A stretch of 64,000 nucleotides of DNA. Origin: an uncultured cyanobacterium (GTDB lineage: Bacteria > Cyanobacteriota > Cyanobacteriia > Leptolyngbyales > Leptolyngbyaceae). Below are positions 44,254 through 55,430 of the stretch, one piece after another. Both the position numbers and the translations under genes were made by a program. Below the pieces are notes generated by a model that saw only the letters and a program-made list of their open reading frames with translations, had not been told where the DNA came from and did no database searches. The stretch is from contig CAVYAN010000072.1 in NCBI GenBank assembly GCA_963766075.1, positions 64,001 to 128,000 of the forward strand, written 5' to 3'. Every line of letters begins with the position of its first letter. Positions within the stretch are counted from its first letter, which is position 1.

Positions 44254-44982
44254 ATGACTGTTTCCAAATCCTCCCTGCGCGAGCAACAACACCCCGCGAT
44301 TCGTCACCTTGCCGATCGCATTGAGACGCAATGGCATCGCTATTTAGATCTGTCGCCCTATCCCTTCCCGGCTGAACTGGGCTATGTCGAAGGGCGGTTG
44401 GAAGGCGAAAAGCTGGTGATTGAAAATAGGTGCTACCAAACCCCCCAATTCCGCAAACTGCACCTGGAGTTGGCCCGAGTCGGCACAGCCTTGGATATCT
44501 TGCACTGCGTCATGTTTCCCCGTCCAGAATATGACCTGCCCATGTTTGGCACGGATCTGGTCGGGGGCCGGGGCCAAATTAGTGCGGCGATCGCTGACCT
44601 GTCCCCCACTAATCCAGATCGCCGCCTGCCTGTCTATTACCAGAGCGCCCTGAAAGCGTTGCCGCCGATCGCATTCGCCCAGCCTCGGGATCTGCCGGAG
44701 TGGGGAAATATTTTCTCGGAATTTTGCCTGTTTGTCCGGCCCAGTAGTGGAGCTGAGGAAACGGCCTTTGTGGATCGGGTGACGGCGCTACTGCAACTGC
44801 ACTGTCAGCAGGCGATTGCCACTCCTGCCACTCCGGAACGCCAAGCCGAACTTCTGCGCGGCCAGCGGCATTACTGCACGCAGCAGCAGCAAAACGACAA
44901 AACCCGTCGGGTTCTCGAAAAAGCCTTCGGCACCGATTGGGCAGATTATTATATGACCACTGTTTTGTTTGACAGTGTATAG
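44254..44982 (+). CDS. pcyA: Phycocyanobilin:ferredoxin oxidoreductase
   Basis: [35 protein letters not shown]. Confidence 0.96.
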   Translation: MTVSKSSLREQQHPAIRHLADRIETQWHRYLDLSPYPFPAELGYVEGRLEGEKLVIENRCYQTPQFRKLHLELARVGTALDILHCVMFPRPEYDLPMFGTDLVGGRGQISAAIADLSPTNPDRRLPVYYQSALKALPPIAFAQPRDLPEWGNIFSEFCLFVRPSSGAEETAFVDRVTALLQLHCQQAIATPATPERQAELLRGQRHYCTQQQQNDKTRRVLEKAFGTDWADYYMTTVLFDSV

Positions 44983-45016
44983 ATTTAGGGCATAGAGTCT
45001 GCGTAGCCTGAGCGGG

Positions 45017-45634
45017 TTAGCGATCGCCAAAGCGTGCCCCCGTCCGCCCGGTGAACAACCACAGCATAGACCGTCCACAGTCCCGCAGCGTGCGGGCCCA
45101 GGATTCGGACCGGCCTGGACTGGAGGCCAGGGGCATAGGCGTAACAGCAATGCCCTGACTGCCAAATACCAGGGTGGCGATCGCCTGGGCACGGAGCATG
45201 TGGAAGTCGGATGTAATCAGGTAAACGTGTTGAATGTGGCGCTGTTTAAAATCAGGCACCAGGGTTGTAAAGTTGGTGACGGTGTCGGTGGCGCGTCGGT
45301 CTAGGTGCACCCGATCATCCGCAATGCCTACCTGCCGAAATATCCCCTGGGCATAGTCATGGGCGGTGCCTGAGGAGACCCAAATGTCCAGTTGGGGATA
45401 GCGCTGGGCAAACTGGGCGGCAAAAAATTCCCGGTCTGGGCCGCCACCGAGGACCAGAATGGTTTGGGGGAGAGGGGCTTGGTGGAGGGCGATCGCAATA
45501 CGGAGGGGAATGATGCTCCACATTACCAGCAGGGCTATTCCCAAGGCCCAAATTAATTGAGACCGTCTTAACTGAGACCGCTGGTGGAGCCATTTCTGCC
45601 ACCGCTGGAGTATGGCGTTGCGCTTGGTCATCAT
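45017..45634 (-). CDS. YdcF/DUF218 family protein
   Basis: LVLGGG, ATDTVTNF, LITSDFHMLRA. Confidence 0.85.
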   Translation of the reverse strand: MMTKRNAILQRWQKWLHQRSQLRRSQLIWALGIALLVMWSIIPLRIAIALHQAPLPQTILVLGGGPDREFFAAQFAQRYPQLDIWVSSGTAHDYAQGIFRQVGIADDRVHLDRRATDTVTNFTTLVPDFKQRHIQHVYLITSDFHMLRAQAIATLVFGSQGIAVTPMPLASSPGRSESWARTLRDCGRSMLWLFTGRTGARFGDR

Positions 45635-45782
45635 GGCTATCCGTTAACCCAGCAATGGCCCAGCAATGGCCCAAGAATAGCAAGAGTGCTCAATAAAAAA
45701 AGTGCTCAGATCACTTCTCTCAAAGTATGGCACATCCACAGGTTGCGGCGGAAACCTATGAGGGACGGGCAAAAAACCAACA

Positions 45783-45947
45783 GTGGATTTCGGCTGCGCT
45801 CAATCCACAGGCCAATCGACGAGGAGACCAATCGATGAGGAGACCAATCGACGAGGGCTGAGCGCAGTGGATTTCGACTACGCTCAATCCACAGGCCAAT
45901 ACCCAATCTACGTGCCAATCGATGAGGGCTGAGCGTAGTCGAAGCCC
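45783..45947. repeat. Cluster of REP-like palindromes interleaved with CCAATCGAYGAGG direct repeats
   Basis: Hairpins at 45783-45808, 45867-45892, 45926-45947; 13-mers at 45812, 45828, 45844, 45915. Confidence 0.85.
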
Positions 45948-45994
45948 GGTTGCAAGAACTCTATTAACCCGCAAGCTCAGTGCCATTGCTGGAT

Positions 45995-48621
45995 TTATGG
46001 CGTGGTCAATACTTCCGACGACAGGCGCTTGAATTCCAGGCGTTCGGTATCTCCCACGTCTACAAAAATGGTATCACCGTCAGCAAAGTCGCCCCGCAGA
46101 ATGGATTTGGCGATCGCCGTTTCCAACTCCCGCTGGATTGCCCGCTTCAGCGGACGGGCCCCGTAGACAGGATCGTAGCCCACATCGGCGAGAAAATCGA
46201 GGGAGGCATCGGAGAGCTTCAGGGACATCTTGCGATCGCTTAACCGACGGCTCAACCGAGCCACCTGCAGTTGCACGATCTTGCGCAATTCAGACTTTTG
46301 CAAGCTGTGGAAAATGATCGTGTCATCAATCCGGTTAAGGAATTCCGGACGGAAATTGCTACGCATCGCTTCCATCACCCGACTGCGCATCTCAGCATAG
46401 CGATTCTCATCTCCGGCCACATCGAGGATGTACTGTGAGCCAATATTACTGGTCATGATGATCACACAGTTTTTGAAGTCCACCGTGTGGCCCTGGGCAT
46501 CAGTGACCCGCCCATCATCCAGAATTTGCAGCATGATGTTGAACACATCGGGATGCGCTTTCTCAATTTCATCAAACAGGATGACGGCGTAGGGACGGCG
46601 GCGAATGGCTTCGGTAAGTTGTCCCCCTTCGTCATAACCCACATAACCAGGAGGCGCACCGATCAATCGAGCTACTGAGTGCTTTTCCATGTATTCCGAC
46701 ATGTCAATCCGCACCATGGCTTCGTCGGTATCGAACATATAGGTGGCCAGGGCTTTGGCCAGCTCCGTTTTGCCCACGCCCGTGGGTCCCAGAAAGATGA
46801 AGCTAGCAATAGGCCGATTGGGATCAGCGAGGCCCGCCCGCGATCGCTCGAATGGCATCTGCTACTGCCGTGACGGCTTCTTCCTGTCCCACCACCCGCT
46901 GGTGCAATTCTTCCTCTAGGTGCAACAGTTTTTCCATTTCTGAGGCCACCAATTTGCTAATCGGAATCCCCGTCCACTTGGAAATAATTTCGGCAACGTC
47001 AGACTCCGTGACTTCCTCTCGCAGCAGGGATTTGCCGCTGGTTTGAGTCTCGGCCAGTTTGGCTTCGGCTTCTTGCAGCTTGCGGTTGAGTTCGGTCATC
47101 TTGCCGTATTTCAACTCAGCGGCCCGATTCAGGTCATAATCCCGTTCTGCTTGGGCCACTTCAGTGTTGACACGATCAATTTCTTCCTTCAAGGTCTGGA
47201 TGTCATTAATGATGCCTTTTTCAGATTGCCATTGGGCATTAAACGTGGATTGCTCCTGTTTCAGATCAGCAAGCTCTCGTTCCAATTTTTCCAGGCGATC
47301 GCGGGAGGCGCGATCGCTTTCCTTCTGCAAAGACAGCCGCTCCATTTCCAATTGCAGAATTTTGCGATCGACCTCATCCAAATGTTCAGGTTTGGAGGTG
47401 ATTTCCATTTTCAATTTAGCGGCAGCTTCGTCCACCAAATCGATGGCTTTGTCGGGGAGAAAGCGATCGCGTAATGTAGCGCGTGGATAATGTAGCCGCA
47501 GCGACCAAGGCATTATCAGCAATCTTCACCCCATGATGCACTTCATAGCGCTCCTTCAGGCCCCGCAAAATTGAAATCGTATCTTCGACGCTAGGCTGAT
47601 CAACATACACCTGTTGGAAGCGCCGTTCCAACGCTGCATCCTTTTCCAAATATTTGCGATATTCATCCAGGGTTGTGGCACCCACACAGCGCAGTTCCCC
47701 TCGAGCCAACAGCGGCTTCAGCAGATTACCCGCATCCATGGCCCCTTGGCTGGCCCCGGCCCCCACCACAGTATGAATTTCGTCAATAAATAGAATAATG
47801 TGTCCCCGGGAATCCATGACTTCCTTCAGCACGGCCTTGAGGCGTTCTTCAAATTCCCCCCGATACTTGGCTCCGGCAATCAAGGCTCCCATATCTAAGG
47901 CGATCAGCTTCCGATCCTGCAAGGATTGGGGCACATCGCCATTGATGATGCGCTGGGCCAGTCCTTCGGCGATCGCAGTTTTACCTACACCAGGCTCCCC
48001 AATCAGCACGGGATTATTCTTCGTGCGGCGCGACAGGATTTGGATCGTGCGGCGAATTTCGTCATCTCGCCCAATCACCGGGTCCAATTTGCCCTGGCGG
48101 GCGGCTTCTGTCAGGTCGCGCCCATATTTTTCCAATGCCTCATATTTGCCTTCCGGGTTCTGGTCCGTCACTTTCTGGCTACCTCGAATTTGCGTGATTG
48201 CTTGTTTGAGTTTTTCGGGATCGAGTTTCAGTTCGGCAAATAGCCCTTTACCAAAGCGGGCATCCTCGCCGTAGGACAACAGCACATGCTCTACAGAAAT
48301 GAAATCATCGCCATACTGTTTTTTCACGGCATCGGCCCGGTCCAACAGTGTGTCCAAGCTGCGGCCCATGTAGACAGATCCCGCACTGTTCCCAGACACC
48401 TTCGGTTGGCGCTGAATAAAGCTGTCCGTATAGTCGCGCACGCGCTGCACACTCACGTCGAGCTTACTGAAAACGCTGTTGGTGATGCCTTCCTGCTCAA
48501 CCAACGCCTTCATTAGATGTTCCGTTTCAATCTGCTGTTGCTGGGCCTGCTTAACAATCTCCATGGTGCGGACGATCGCTTCCCAGGCTTTTTCAGTCAT
48601 TTGGGATTGGTTCGGTTGCAT
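45995..48621 (-). CDS. clpB: ATP-dependent chaperone ClpB; two apparent frameshifts near 47472 and 46850
   Basis: [26 protein letters not shown], coiled-coil middle domain, [16 protein letters not shown]. Confidence 0.95.
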
Positions 48622-48748
48622 GGTGCCATTCCCCCTAGCGTAATAGTTCTATTTAACGTCATTGTAGGGAATGCGACACCATTGCGGGGATCGGCGCTTA
48701 CGAATGGGTGAGGGGGGATTACCGGAGTTGGAGATGCCAAGCGATCGC

Positions 48749-49201
48749 TCAAGAGACCCGAGACACCAGAAAAGAGGCCACATAGCTGGGCGCACTGCTC
48801 GGCTGATGCGCCACCGGATAGGGCAGCAAATTCACCAACTTTACCCGGTGGCCCACCAGCGGCTTGCTGACAGCGGTGGACTGATTCGGCCCCTGGGTCA
48901 GTTCGAGGGTGCCTAGGGACTTACCATTCTGCATCACCTTCACGACCACCGTCGCCTGTCCAGCCCACAAACAAGCAGTGCCCTGGGGACAGCGCGAATC
49001 CTCTTTGACCTTGAGAAATTGTACGATTAGCCCCCGCTGCTTCACCACAGCTTTTTCACCCAGCTTGAGCTGAAAGGGCTGATCGGGATTCACCACGCGG
49101 ATACTGGTGTGGACCGGGGGCCGAAAAATGGGAGTAGCCATGACGGGCCCGCCCCCAAGGATCACGGTGAGGGCGATCGCCCACAGTAAGGAATAACGCA
49201 T
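48749..49201 (-). CDS. Secreted hypothetical protein with EDSRCPxxxxCxWAG motif
   Basis: Signal peptide MRYSLLWAIALTVIL; C-terminal part of track ORF 48749-49531. Confidence 0.7.
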   Translation of the reverse strand: MRYSLLWAIALTVILGGGPVMATPIFRPPVHTSIRVVNPDQPFQLKLGEKAVVKQRGLIVQFLKVKEDSRCPQGTACLWAGQATVVVKVMQNGKSLGTLELTQGPNQSTAVSKPLVGHRVKLVNLLPYPVAHQPSSAPSYVASFLVSRVS

Positions 49202-49221
49202 GGTAGAAAAGGGAAAAAGGA

Positions 49222-49531
49222 TTAGGTGCGCGCTGTAAAGGCCAGATCGCGCAATTTGGTTAGAAGTGGCTGCAACGGTGCTGGCGCGGTAATGTCGTTC
49301 AGAGATCGCGTGACTTGGCGATCGCCGTCCTGTATCGCCAATGTGTAGGAAATGATGTCGGGAATGGCGATCGGAGCGGGGAAATCCGCATCCGATCGCT
49401 CTCGAGATTCCCGACGTCGCCACTAGCAGAGAAAGTTCCTCGGCCAGATCTGGAGATAAATGAGCTGTATCTGCCTCATAGCTGAGTTGCAGATTGGCGT
49501 ACCCACCGGAACAGGTGAAATAGATGTGCAT
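49222..49531 (-). CDS. Protealysin inhibitor emfourin-like protein (one frameshift near 49400)
   Basis: SGGYANL N-terminus; second frame PDIISYTLAIQDGDRQVT...PAPLQPLL; immediately downstream of the M4 gene. Confidence 0.72.
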
Positions 49532-49600
49532 CTCTCGAGTTTAGATAGCGCCGCTACGCTAGAGGATTTTGGATTTTGCCGCTAGGTGAAAGGTGTCCAA

Positions 49601-50652
49601 TCAGGGGGCACTCGGCAATCCCACCGCTCGAAAAGCGGCTCTGATCTTTTGGGGAGAGCCTACGGGCACTTTGCCATCCCGAGTCAGGCTGCGAGCCGAG
49701 TCTACAATCACTTGCACCGCATCGTTGAATTTGGCTGTGGCCCATAGCTTTTGCAGAGCGGTGTACCATACCAGTCCAGCCTTATCGGTGCCAATTTCCA
49801 TTGCGCTAAGGTAAAATGCCTTGTTCAAGATGCCGCTGTTAATATGGACGCCCTGATTATCCTCTGGGCCTTTGAAGTAGTCCTTCATGTGGGCCGGTTG
49901 CGGATCTTTGCCCAGGAGTTTGTTGTCGTAGGCGGTGCCAGGTTCTTTCATGGAGCGCAGCGCCTCTCCGTACAGATCCGGTCCCATGATTTCATCGCCA
50001 ATCAGCCAGTCGGCATCGTGGGCGGTTTGGCCGGCGGCGTACTGGGTGATGACGGTACCAAATACATCGGACATGTGCTCGTTGAGGGCTCCGGATTGGC
50101 TCTTATATTCTAGTTTGGCGGTATATTGGGTGACGCCGTGGGTTAATTCGTGGGCGATGACGTCCAGCGATCGCGAAAAGCTGATAAAGATTTTGCCATC
50201 TCCATCGCCAAAGGTCATCTCGTCGCCATCCCAAAAGGCATTCAGATAATTGACCCCGTAGTGCACATTCAGAATCAGATCCAAGCCTAAATTGTCCACG
50301 GAGTTGCGATCCAGGACATTTTTAAATAGTCCCGCACCACACCAGCATAGTCGTAGACTTGGTTGACGGTATCGTCAGGCGTGGCGGGTTGCCCCTCGGT
50401 GCGGACGGAAAGGACGCGCTGTTTCCAGGTGCGCTGGGAGTCGAATACTTGGCGATTGGCGGTACCTACGGCGGCGGCGGTCCCGGCAAAGGTTTCAATG
50501 CCGACGACACTCTGGGCCCGTTGGATGCGAAATTGGCTGCTTTGTTGAAAGCTGACACGGGCGTTTTCAATGCCGTTGCGGGCCAAGTTTTCGGCAGCAT
50601 AGGGTGGAATGAACTGGCAGCAGCATTTTGTGCTGGGGCAAATATGAACCAT
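49601..50652 (-). CDS. M4 family protealysin-like metallopeptidase (one frameshift near 50324)
   Basis: FIPPY propeptide motif, NAFWDG, HELTH, GALNEHMSD, GVHINSGI. Confidence 0.9.
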
Positions 50653-51270
50653 ATAGCCTCGTTTTGGGGTGTATCCCGGTGGGGACTGACAAACTCCAGA
50701 GTCTCGGGGGCGTGCCCCTGATTTCACCGGGTTGAACGTTTCTATTATGGAAGGCATGAACGGATTTTCACGGAAGCCTTAATGATGCTTATCGCTATTC
50801 CGCAACTTCGGCCTGGTACGGCAATGTGCCAGAGTCGAGGCGGATCCCCAGAGGACGGTAGTTCAGAAGGGGTTCACAACCTAGAGCGTTTATTAAGCTG
50901 TGTGCGCAGAGATTGAATTGATTGCATATCCCCCTTACACTACGGGTATGGTTGTAAGACACGTCCAAATCCTAATTGTAGTTATCGTGTCGTTGACAAT
51001 ACCGAGCTACAGGCTTGCAAATACGGTTGATTAACAGTTGATTAACGCCTTTGCTGATCTTCTCAGGATCGTTTAAACGCAGTGGCGATTAAGCAAAGTT
51101 CTTTCCGAGCCCCATTGGGTCTGCATCTGCGGTTGTGTTGGTTTTGAGTGTGGCCGATTCGATTGGTCCGCACTACCAAGACTTATGCGTCCAGAATGCC
51201 TCGATTCAGCGGAGGTTCGCGATCGACTCGCGCATCCAGTTTGTTTTATTGTTTCAAGAGAGAACCCACC

Positions 51271-51495
51271 ATGATGTCTATCGAAGCATTGCCCCCCTCA
51301 AGCAAAGTTGGCTCCTATCGGGATCAACTGCTGCGCTGGTGTGTGCTCAGGGTTCTACCCAGTGGCGAAACCCAGGAAGTTATCCGTTTTCGTCGCCATA
51401 GCGATGCGGAAGCCCGCGTTCAGATTTTGCGCCGCACTCATCCGGAGTGGAATTACACTATGGGTTTTGATGCCCCATCGGCGGAGCAAGTCTAG
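51271..51495 (+). CDS. Small cyanobacterial hypothetical protein (74 aa)
   Basis: YRDQL..WCVLRVLP...RFRRHSDAE...LRR..P pattern resembling a recurring cyanobacterial small-protein family. Confidence 0.65.
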   Translation: MMSIEALPPSSKVGSYRDQLLRWCVLRVLPSGETQEVIRFRRHSDAEARVQILRRTHPEWNYTMGFDAPSAEQV

Positions 51496-51680
51496 CCCCC
51501 AACGGCAGGAGCGAACAGGCAGTAGGTTAATACTCTGCCGAGAGGGAATCGTCCACGCCCTCTCGGCAGAGCTATTGCCGTTGGCGAAATTCTCTCCATT
51601 GGCATCCATCTAGCGCGAAATCAACTAGTCTAGGAAGTGCAAAAGATGCGGTCAGCATCGCTGTGATGGGTTACGGGCAG

Positions 51681-51975
51681 TTAGTGTTGCCTGCTGTCTT
51701 GACAAAATTTTCGATCGGCGGGGTCAGCGTTGGGGTTGGTGAGCAGGTAGTCGTGCAGCCAACTACAACTGCGATTCACCAATGTTGCCAAACTCAAACT
51801 GTCCAATGTCCACAGCACGACATGGCGATCGTCACTAGCCGTGGCCAAGGTTTTGCCATCCGGGTTGAATTCAAGTCGTAGACGCTGGTGGTATATCCTG
51901 TCAGGGTGGCTTTGAGGGTGCCGTCTAGATTCCAGAGTTTGACGGTGCGATCGCCCCTAGCCGAGCTAAAACTTG
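51681..51975 (-). pseudogene. C-terminal remnant of a WD40-repeat protein
   Basis: DRTVKLWNLDGTLKATLTG, then frameshifted FNPDGKTLATASDD..VVLW...CSWLHDYL; no N-terminus. Confidence 0.7.
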
Positions 51976-52070
51976 ACCGCAAGTTCTCCAGATTGAGTCT
52001 ACTCATTCTCTAAAGGCATCCAATTCTTAACCCATGCCCGTGCCAGGAGCTTTACCCGTAGAGCCTCTGG

Positions 52071-52754
52071 CTAGGATTCTATCCATCGCCAGTTGGGCCG
52101 GTTCCAATCATAGATGGCCGGGATTTCGTATTCGCTGCCCGTGTCAAAGCGAACGATGCCGGTAATTTGGGGATTGGCGGGAAATGGTGGCACTGGCTCC
52201 GATGGAATTGGCGGGCCTGTTGTCGGTTTTAAGTCAGTCACTTGTTTCAGGCCAATCACCGTACAGGGGAACCATTCGCGCCTACAGGGTCCAGCCTCCT
52301 GCACCCATTCCCAGAGGGCGTTGGTAACTTCGATGCGATCGCCCACCTGTAACCGCATCTGCTCCCGATCTAGGGCATTCAGGTAAGGGGCCAGATGGAT
52401 TGGCTGCACGAGATCGAGCCAGGAAATGCCGTAGCGATCGCGAATCACCTGCACCGCGCCGGAATCGATCCCTTGCAGCCAATCGTTCAGCAGGGTGGTT
52501 TTCCAGGATTGATTTTCCTGGCTTTGGCGTTGGACAAAGTCGATAAAAATTTGCCGCTCTTGGGGATTCAGTTGATCTAAGGGATTGGTTTGGAGCTGGG
52601 CGAACTCTTGGGCAAAGGTTTGCAGCGTGTGGTGCAGCACCTCCAGTTGGCGATCGCTGAGGGGACATTCGGCTTCAGTACACGCATGCCGTGCAGCCTG
52701 CAATAGGTCCTCCAGATCCATATGTTCCAGATCCATGCGATTACCATCACCCAC
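52071..52754 (-). CDS. Hypothetical protein
   Basis: 227-aa ORF with normal composition; LWEWVQ...EWFPCTV...IYDWNRPNWR. Confidence 0.7.
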   Translation of the reverse strand: MGDGNRMDLEHMDLEDLLQAARHACTEAECPLSDRQLEVLHHTLQTFAQEFAQLQTNPLDQLNPQERQIFIDFVQRQSQENQSWKTTLLNDWLQGIDSGAVQVIRDRYGISWLDLVQPIHLAPYLNALDREQMRLQVGDRIEVTNALWEWVQEAGPCRREWFPCTVIGLKQVTDLKPTTGPPIPSEPVPPFPANPQITGIVRFDTGSEYEIPAIYDWNRPNWRWIES

Positions 52755-53147
52755 TGCCGCCTATTTTAAGCCAAACAGTGGGGAGTAGCGCATTCCCTAG
52801 AACCTGTTGCATTAGCTTGGCAGCCTGACTTGACAACTGGACTTGGCATCTAGACTCTGGGCCTACCATCATTGTCCCGAACATTGTCCCGAACTTGCCC
52901 TGGGAAAGGGGGGGGGATAGTCCGATCAATGGCCCAGAACTTAGGAAACCCCACGGCTCAGGCTAATGGGGCGGGTGGAGGAACAGCAACGGGCGATTTA
53001 GGACGCTCAGGGCACCTGCCCAACTTCCATCAGCACATTAAATGAAGCGCATTGATGGACGGTCGATAGGAAAGCCAAAATCACGGTAAGCTGATCGCAG
53101 GTGCTCCTACGCGCCGCTATTTCTTGCCCCCTTCGCCCCCCTTGGCT

Positions 53148-53579
53148 ATGAAGTTTCCTGCCGTTGCGATCGCCCTAGTCACTGCCTTTTTTTGGCTTTG
53201 CACCAGTTGGATGACCCCGCCCGCCTGGGCCCTGACTCAAATTCGTCTGTTTGACGTGGACTACCACATTTGTCCCGAAGAAATTGGCGCAGGTACAGTG
53301 GGCAGTGGTAGCTCCGCAGCCGCTAACTGCTTCATCATCACCGGCAAAGCGGAAAATAAATCGGGCAAACCCGTCACCAATGCTGATATTTTTGGCCGCA
53401 TCTACGACGCTAATGACGATTCCGTTATGCAGAACCGCACTCGCCTGGGTTCCGTTGACGAATTTCCCCCAGGCATCAGCGACTTTGAAATGCGAATTTC
53501 TGTACCTGCAAATCAGCCCACGCCGTTGAAGTTGACTCAGTTCAAAGCCGCTGGCTTTACGGGTGCAGTACGACGATAG
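53148..53579 (+). CDS. Secreted conserved hypothetical protein
   Basis: Signal peptide ending AWA; ADIFGRIYDAN..QNRTRLG. Confidence 0.75.
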   Translation: MKFPAVAIALVTAFFWLCTSWMTPPAWALTQIRLFDVDYHICPEEIGAGTVGSGSSAAANCFIITGKAENKSGKPVTNADIFGRIYDANDDSVMQNRTRLGSVDEFPPGISDFEMRISVPANQPTPLKLTQFKAAGFTGAVRR

Positions 53580-53730
53580 ACGTTGTGGGGAAGCCAAATG
53601 TTTTTGACCCACACTATAAAGCATTGAGAGAAAACCGTCAGCAAAGTGTCTCAGAAACCGCATTTATCGTAGCAGAGGCTTTCTCTGGTGGAGCTTGTGG
53701 TTGTTGCTCAGGTAGAACATGCAGCCCAGC

Positions 53731-53770
53731 AAAGTATCCCCGGAATTTCTAGAAATTCCGGGGATACTTT
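53731..53770. terminator. Perfect 40-bp palindrome, likely bidirectional terminator
   Basis: aaagtatccccggaatttct|agaaattccggggatacttt between convergent genes. Confidence 0.75.
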
Positions 53771-53788
53771 TGATTTTAATCGCTAAAA

Positions 53789-54088
53789 CTAGAAAACAAG
53801 GCTTGCTTGCATTACGCTTTGGCTGAGGGCACCCAACAGAGGTTTTACCACCATCGACAGCAGCAGCAGCGCCAGCAGGGGCGAAAAATCCATGCCGCCC
53901 AAGGGGGGGATGATACTTCGAAAAATGTTTAAGTAGGGATCCGTCAACTGTGCCAAGGTCGCAAAGGGTTGACTAAACCAATTGACTTGGGGAAACCAGG
54001 TGAGCAAAATCCGTACCAGCAGCAATGCTGTGTAGATATTGATAAAGGTTAACAGGGTGGTGACAACTAATCCGACTAATGAACTCAT
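53789..54088 (-). CDS. YggT/YlmG family membrane protein
   Basis: RILLTWFP...TDPYLNIFRSIIPPLGGMDFSP. Confidence 0.9.
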   Translation of the reverse strand: MSSLVGLVVTTLLTFINIYTALLLVRILLTWFPQVNWFSQPFATLAQLTDPYLNIFRSIIPPLGGMDFSPLLALLLLSMVVKPLLGALSQSVMQASLVF

Positions 54089-54258
54089 AGCAGCAGTGCT
54101 TCCTTCTTTAAGAGACTTAGAATAGGGGCCTAAATGGAGAGTCCATAAATACTGAACTCAATGTAATGGATATTGGTAGATTTTGGATCGGGGTGTGCCG
54201 AATGGGGTGTGGCGGATATCCCGTCAGGTATGATCATCCATCCTGGGAACAGGTATGA

Positions 54259-54600
54259 TCACCCATCTTTGGAATAGGCGCGATCGCCCACAGACTTCTT
54301 AGGCGAAGTGCCGTTAACCCCGCCTAACTGTTGACGGACCTCGTCAATCGCTTCGTTGAGCTGGGCAATTTTATCCTCTAAGCCGCGCCGAGAAGCTTCA
54401 ATGTCGCCCTGGCCCCGACTCGATTTCAGTGATCGGCGTTGGGTGGCCTGGATGGCTTTTTCCTCCGGGGTCAAATTCTCTTCCGCCGTCAACTCCGCCA
54501 GTTTGCCCGAAGCCAAGAGCGCTCCAACTAAGCCTCCCACAAGCCCCCCCACGAAGGTGCCCAACAGAAAACCACCCGAAAAATTATCTTGCTGACTCAT
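54259..54600 (-). CDS. Conserved hypothetical protein (Gly-rich TM plus coiled coil)
   Basis: FSGGFLLGTFVGGLVGG, RRGLEDKIAQLNEAID; lies between upp and yggT. Confidence 0.8.
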   Translation of the reverse strand: MSQQDNFSGGFLLGTFVGGLVGGLVGALLASGKLAELTAEENLTPEEKAIQATQRRSLKSSRGQGDIEASRRGLEDKIAQLNEAIDEVRQQLGGVNGTSPKKSVGDRAYSKDG

Positions 54601-54779
54601 GGTCGTCCCGAAATAGAGTTCATCCAGGAGGCCATCGGATTGCCCTTGGCATGGCTTCTCCCTGCCTATAGCTTAGCTCTAGACCTGGCGCTTAGACTGA
54701 CAACATTGGGCCGCCAACATCGGGCCTATAAAATCAACCCGGCTAACCACATAGAGCCTTCACCGATGGTGCCGGATTA

Positions 54780-55430
54780 CTAGGTGCCAAAGGTGCGATC
54801 GCCCGCATCCCCCAACCCAGGAACAATAAAGCCCTGCTCGTTTAATCCCTCATCGATCGCCGCCGCATAAATCGTCAGACTGGGATAGGTCGCACTCAGC
54901 TTTTGCAGGGCTGCTGGAGCCGCCACCACTGAAATAATCCGCACCATCGCCGGATCGGCACCCCGCCGGATCAATTCCGCCATTGCCGCTACGCTGGTGC
55001 CCCCCGTAGCCAGCATCGGCTCAGTAATCAAGATCCGCGTGTTGGGATCAAGCTGGTCTGGGAGACGATTGAGATAGCAGGACGGTTCTAGGGTTTCCTC
55101 ATCACGGACAAACCCCACGTGATAAATCGAGGCCAAGGGTAGCACTGCCTGTGCCCCCTCTAGCAAAGCAAGCCCCGCCCGCAAAATCGGCATGACAGCC
55201 ACAGGGACTTCGGGATTGATAAAGGCGGCTGGACAGGGGGCCAAGGGGGTCTGGACGGTGGTTTCCGTCATCGGTAGCCAGTCTCGAATCGCCTCATAGG
55301 TCAACCAGCGCCCTAGCTCAGTCATGGCACTGCGAAACAGGGTGGAAGGGGTGGCCTCATCCCGTGCGACAGCCAACCAATGTTTAACCAAAGGGTGGGG
55401 GGGGACATAGATCCGAAGTTGGAGGGTCAT
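54780..55430 (-). CDS. upp: Uracil phosphoribosyltransferase
   Basis: PILRAGL, PMLATGG, IVPGLGDAGDRTFGT. Confidence 0.96.
   Translation of the reverse strand: MTLQLRIYVPPHPLVKHWLAVARDEATPSTLFRSAMTELGRWLTYEAIRDWLPMTETTVQTPLAPCPAAFINPEVPVAVMPILRAGLALLEGAQAVLPLASIYHVGFVRDEETLEPSCYLNRLPDQLDPNTRILITEPMLATGGTSVAAMAELIRRGADPAMVRIISVVAAPAALQKLSATYPSLTIYAAAIDEGLNEQGFIVPGLGDAGDRTFGT

Noticed and set aside
45783..45947. Possible mini CRISPR array
   Set aside because: Repeats are in mixed orientation, the intervening sequences are themselves repeated, spacing is irregular, and no cas genes are present
45995..48621. clpB (and likewise crtH) as true pseudogenes or programmed frameshifts
   Set aside because: Coding sequence is otherwise well conserved with no in-frame stops; the indels sit at error-prone contexts
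48749..49531. Track ORF of 260 aa as a single protein
   Set aside because: It is an artefactual fusion of the frameshifted emfourin N-terminus with a separate downstream gene that has its own signal peptide
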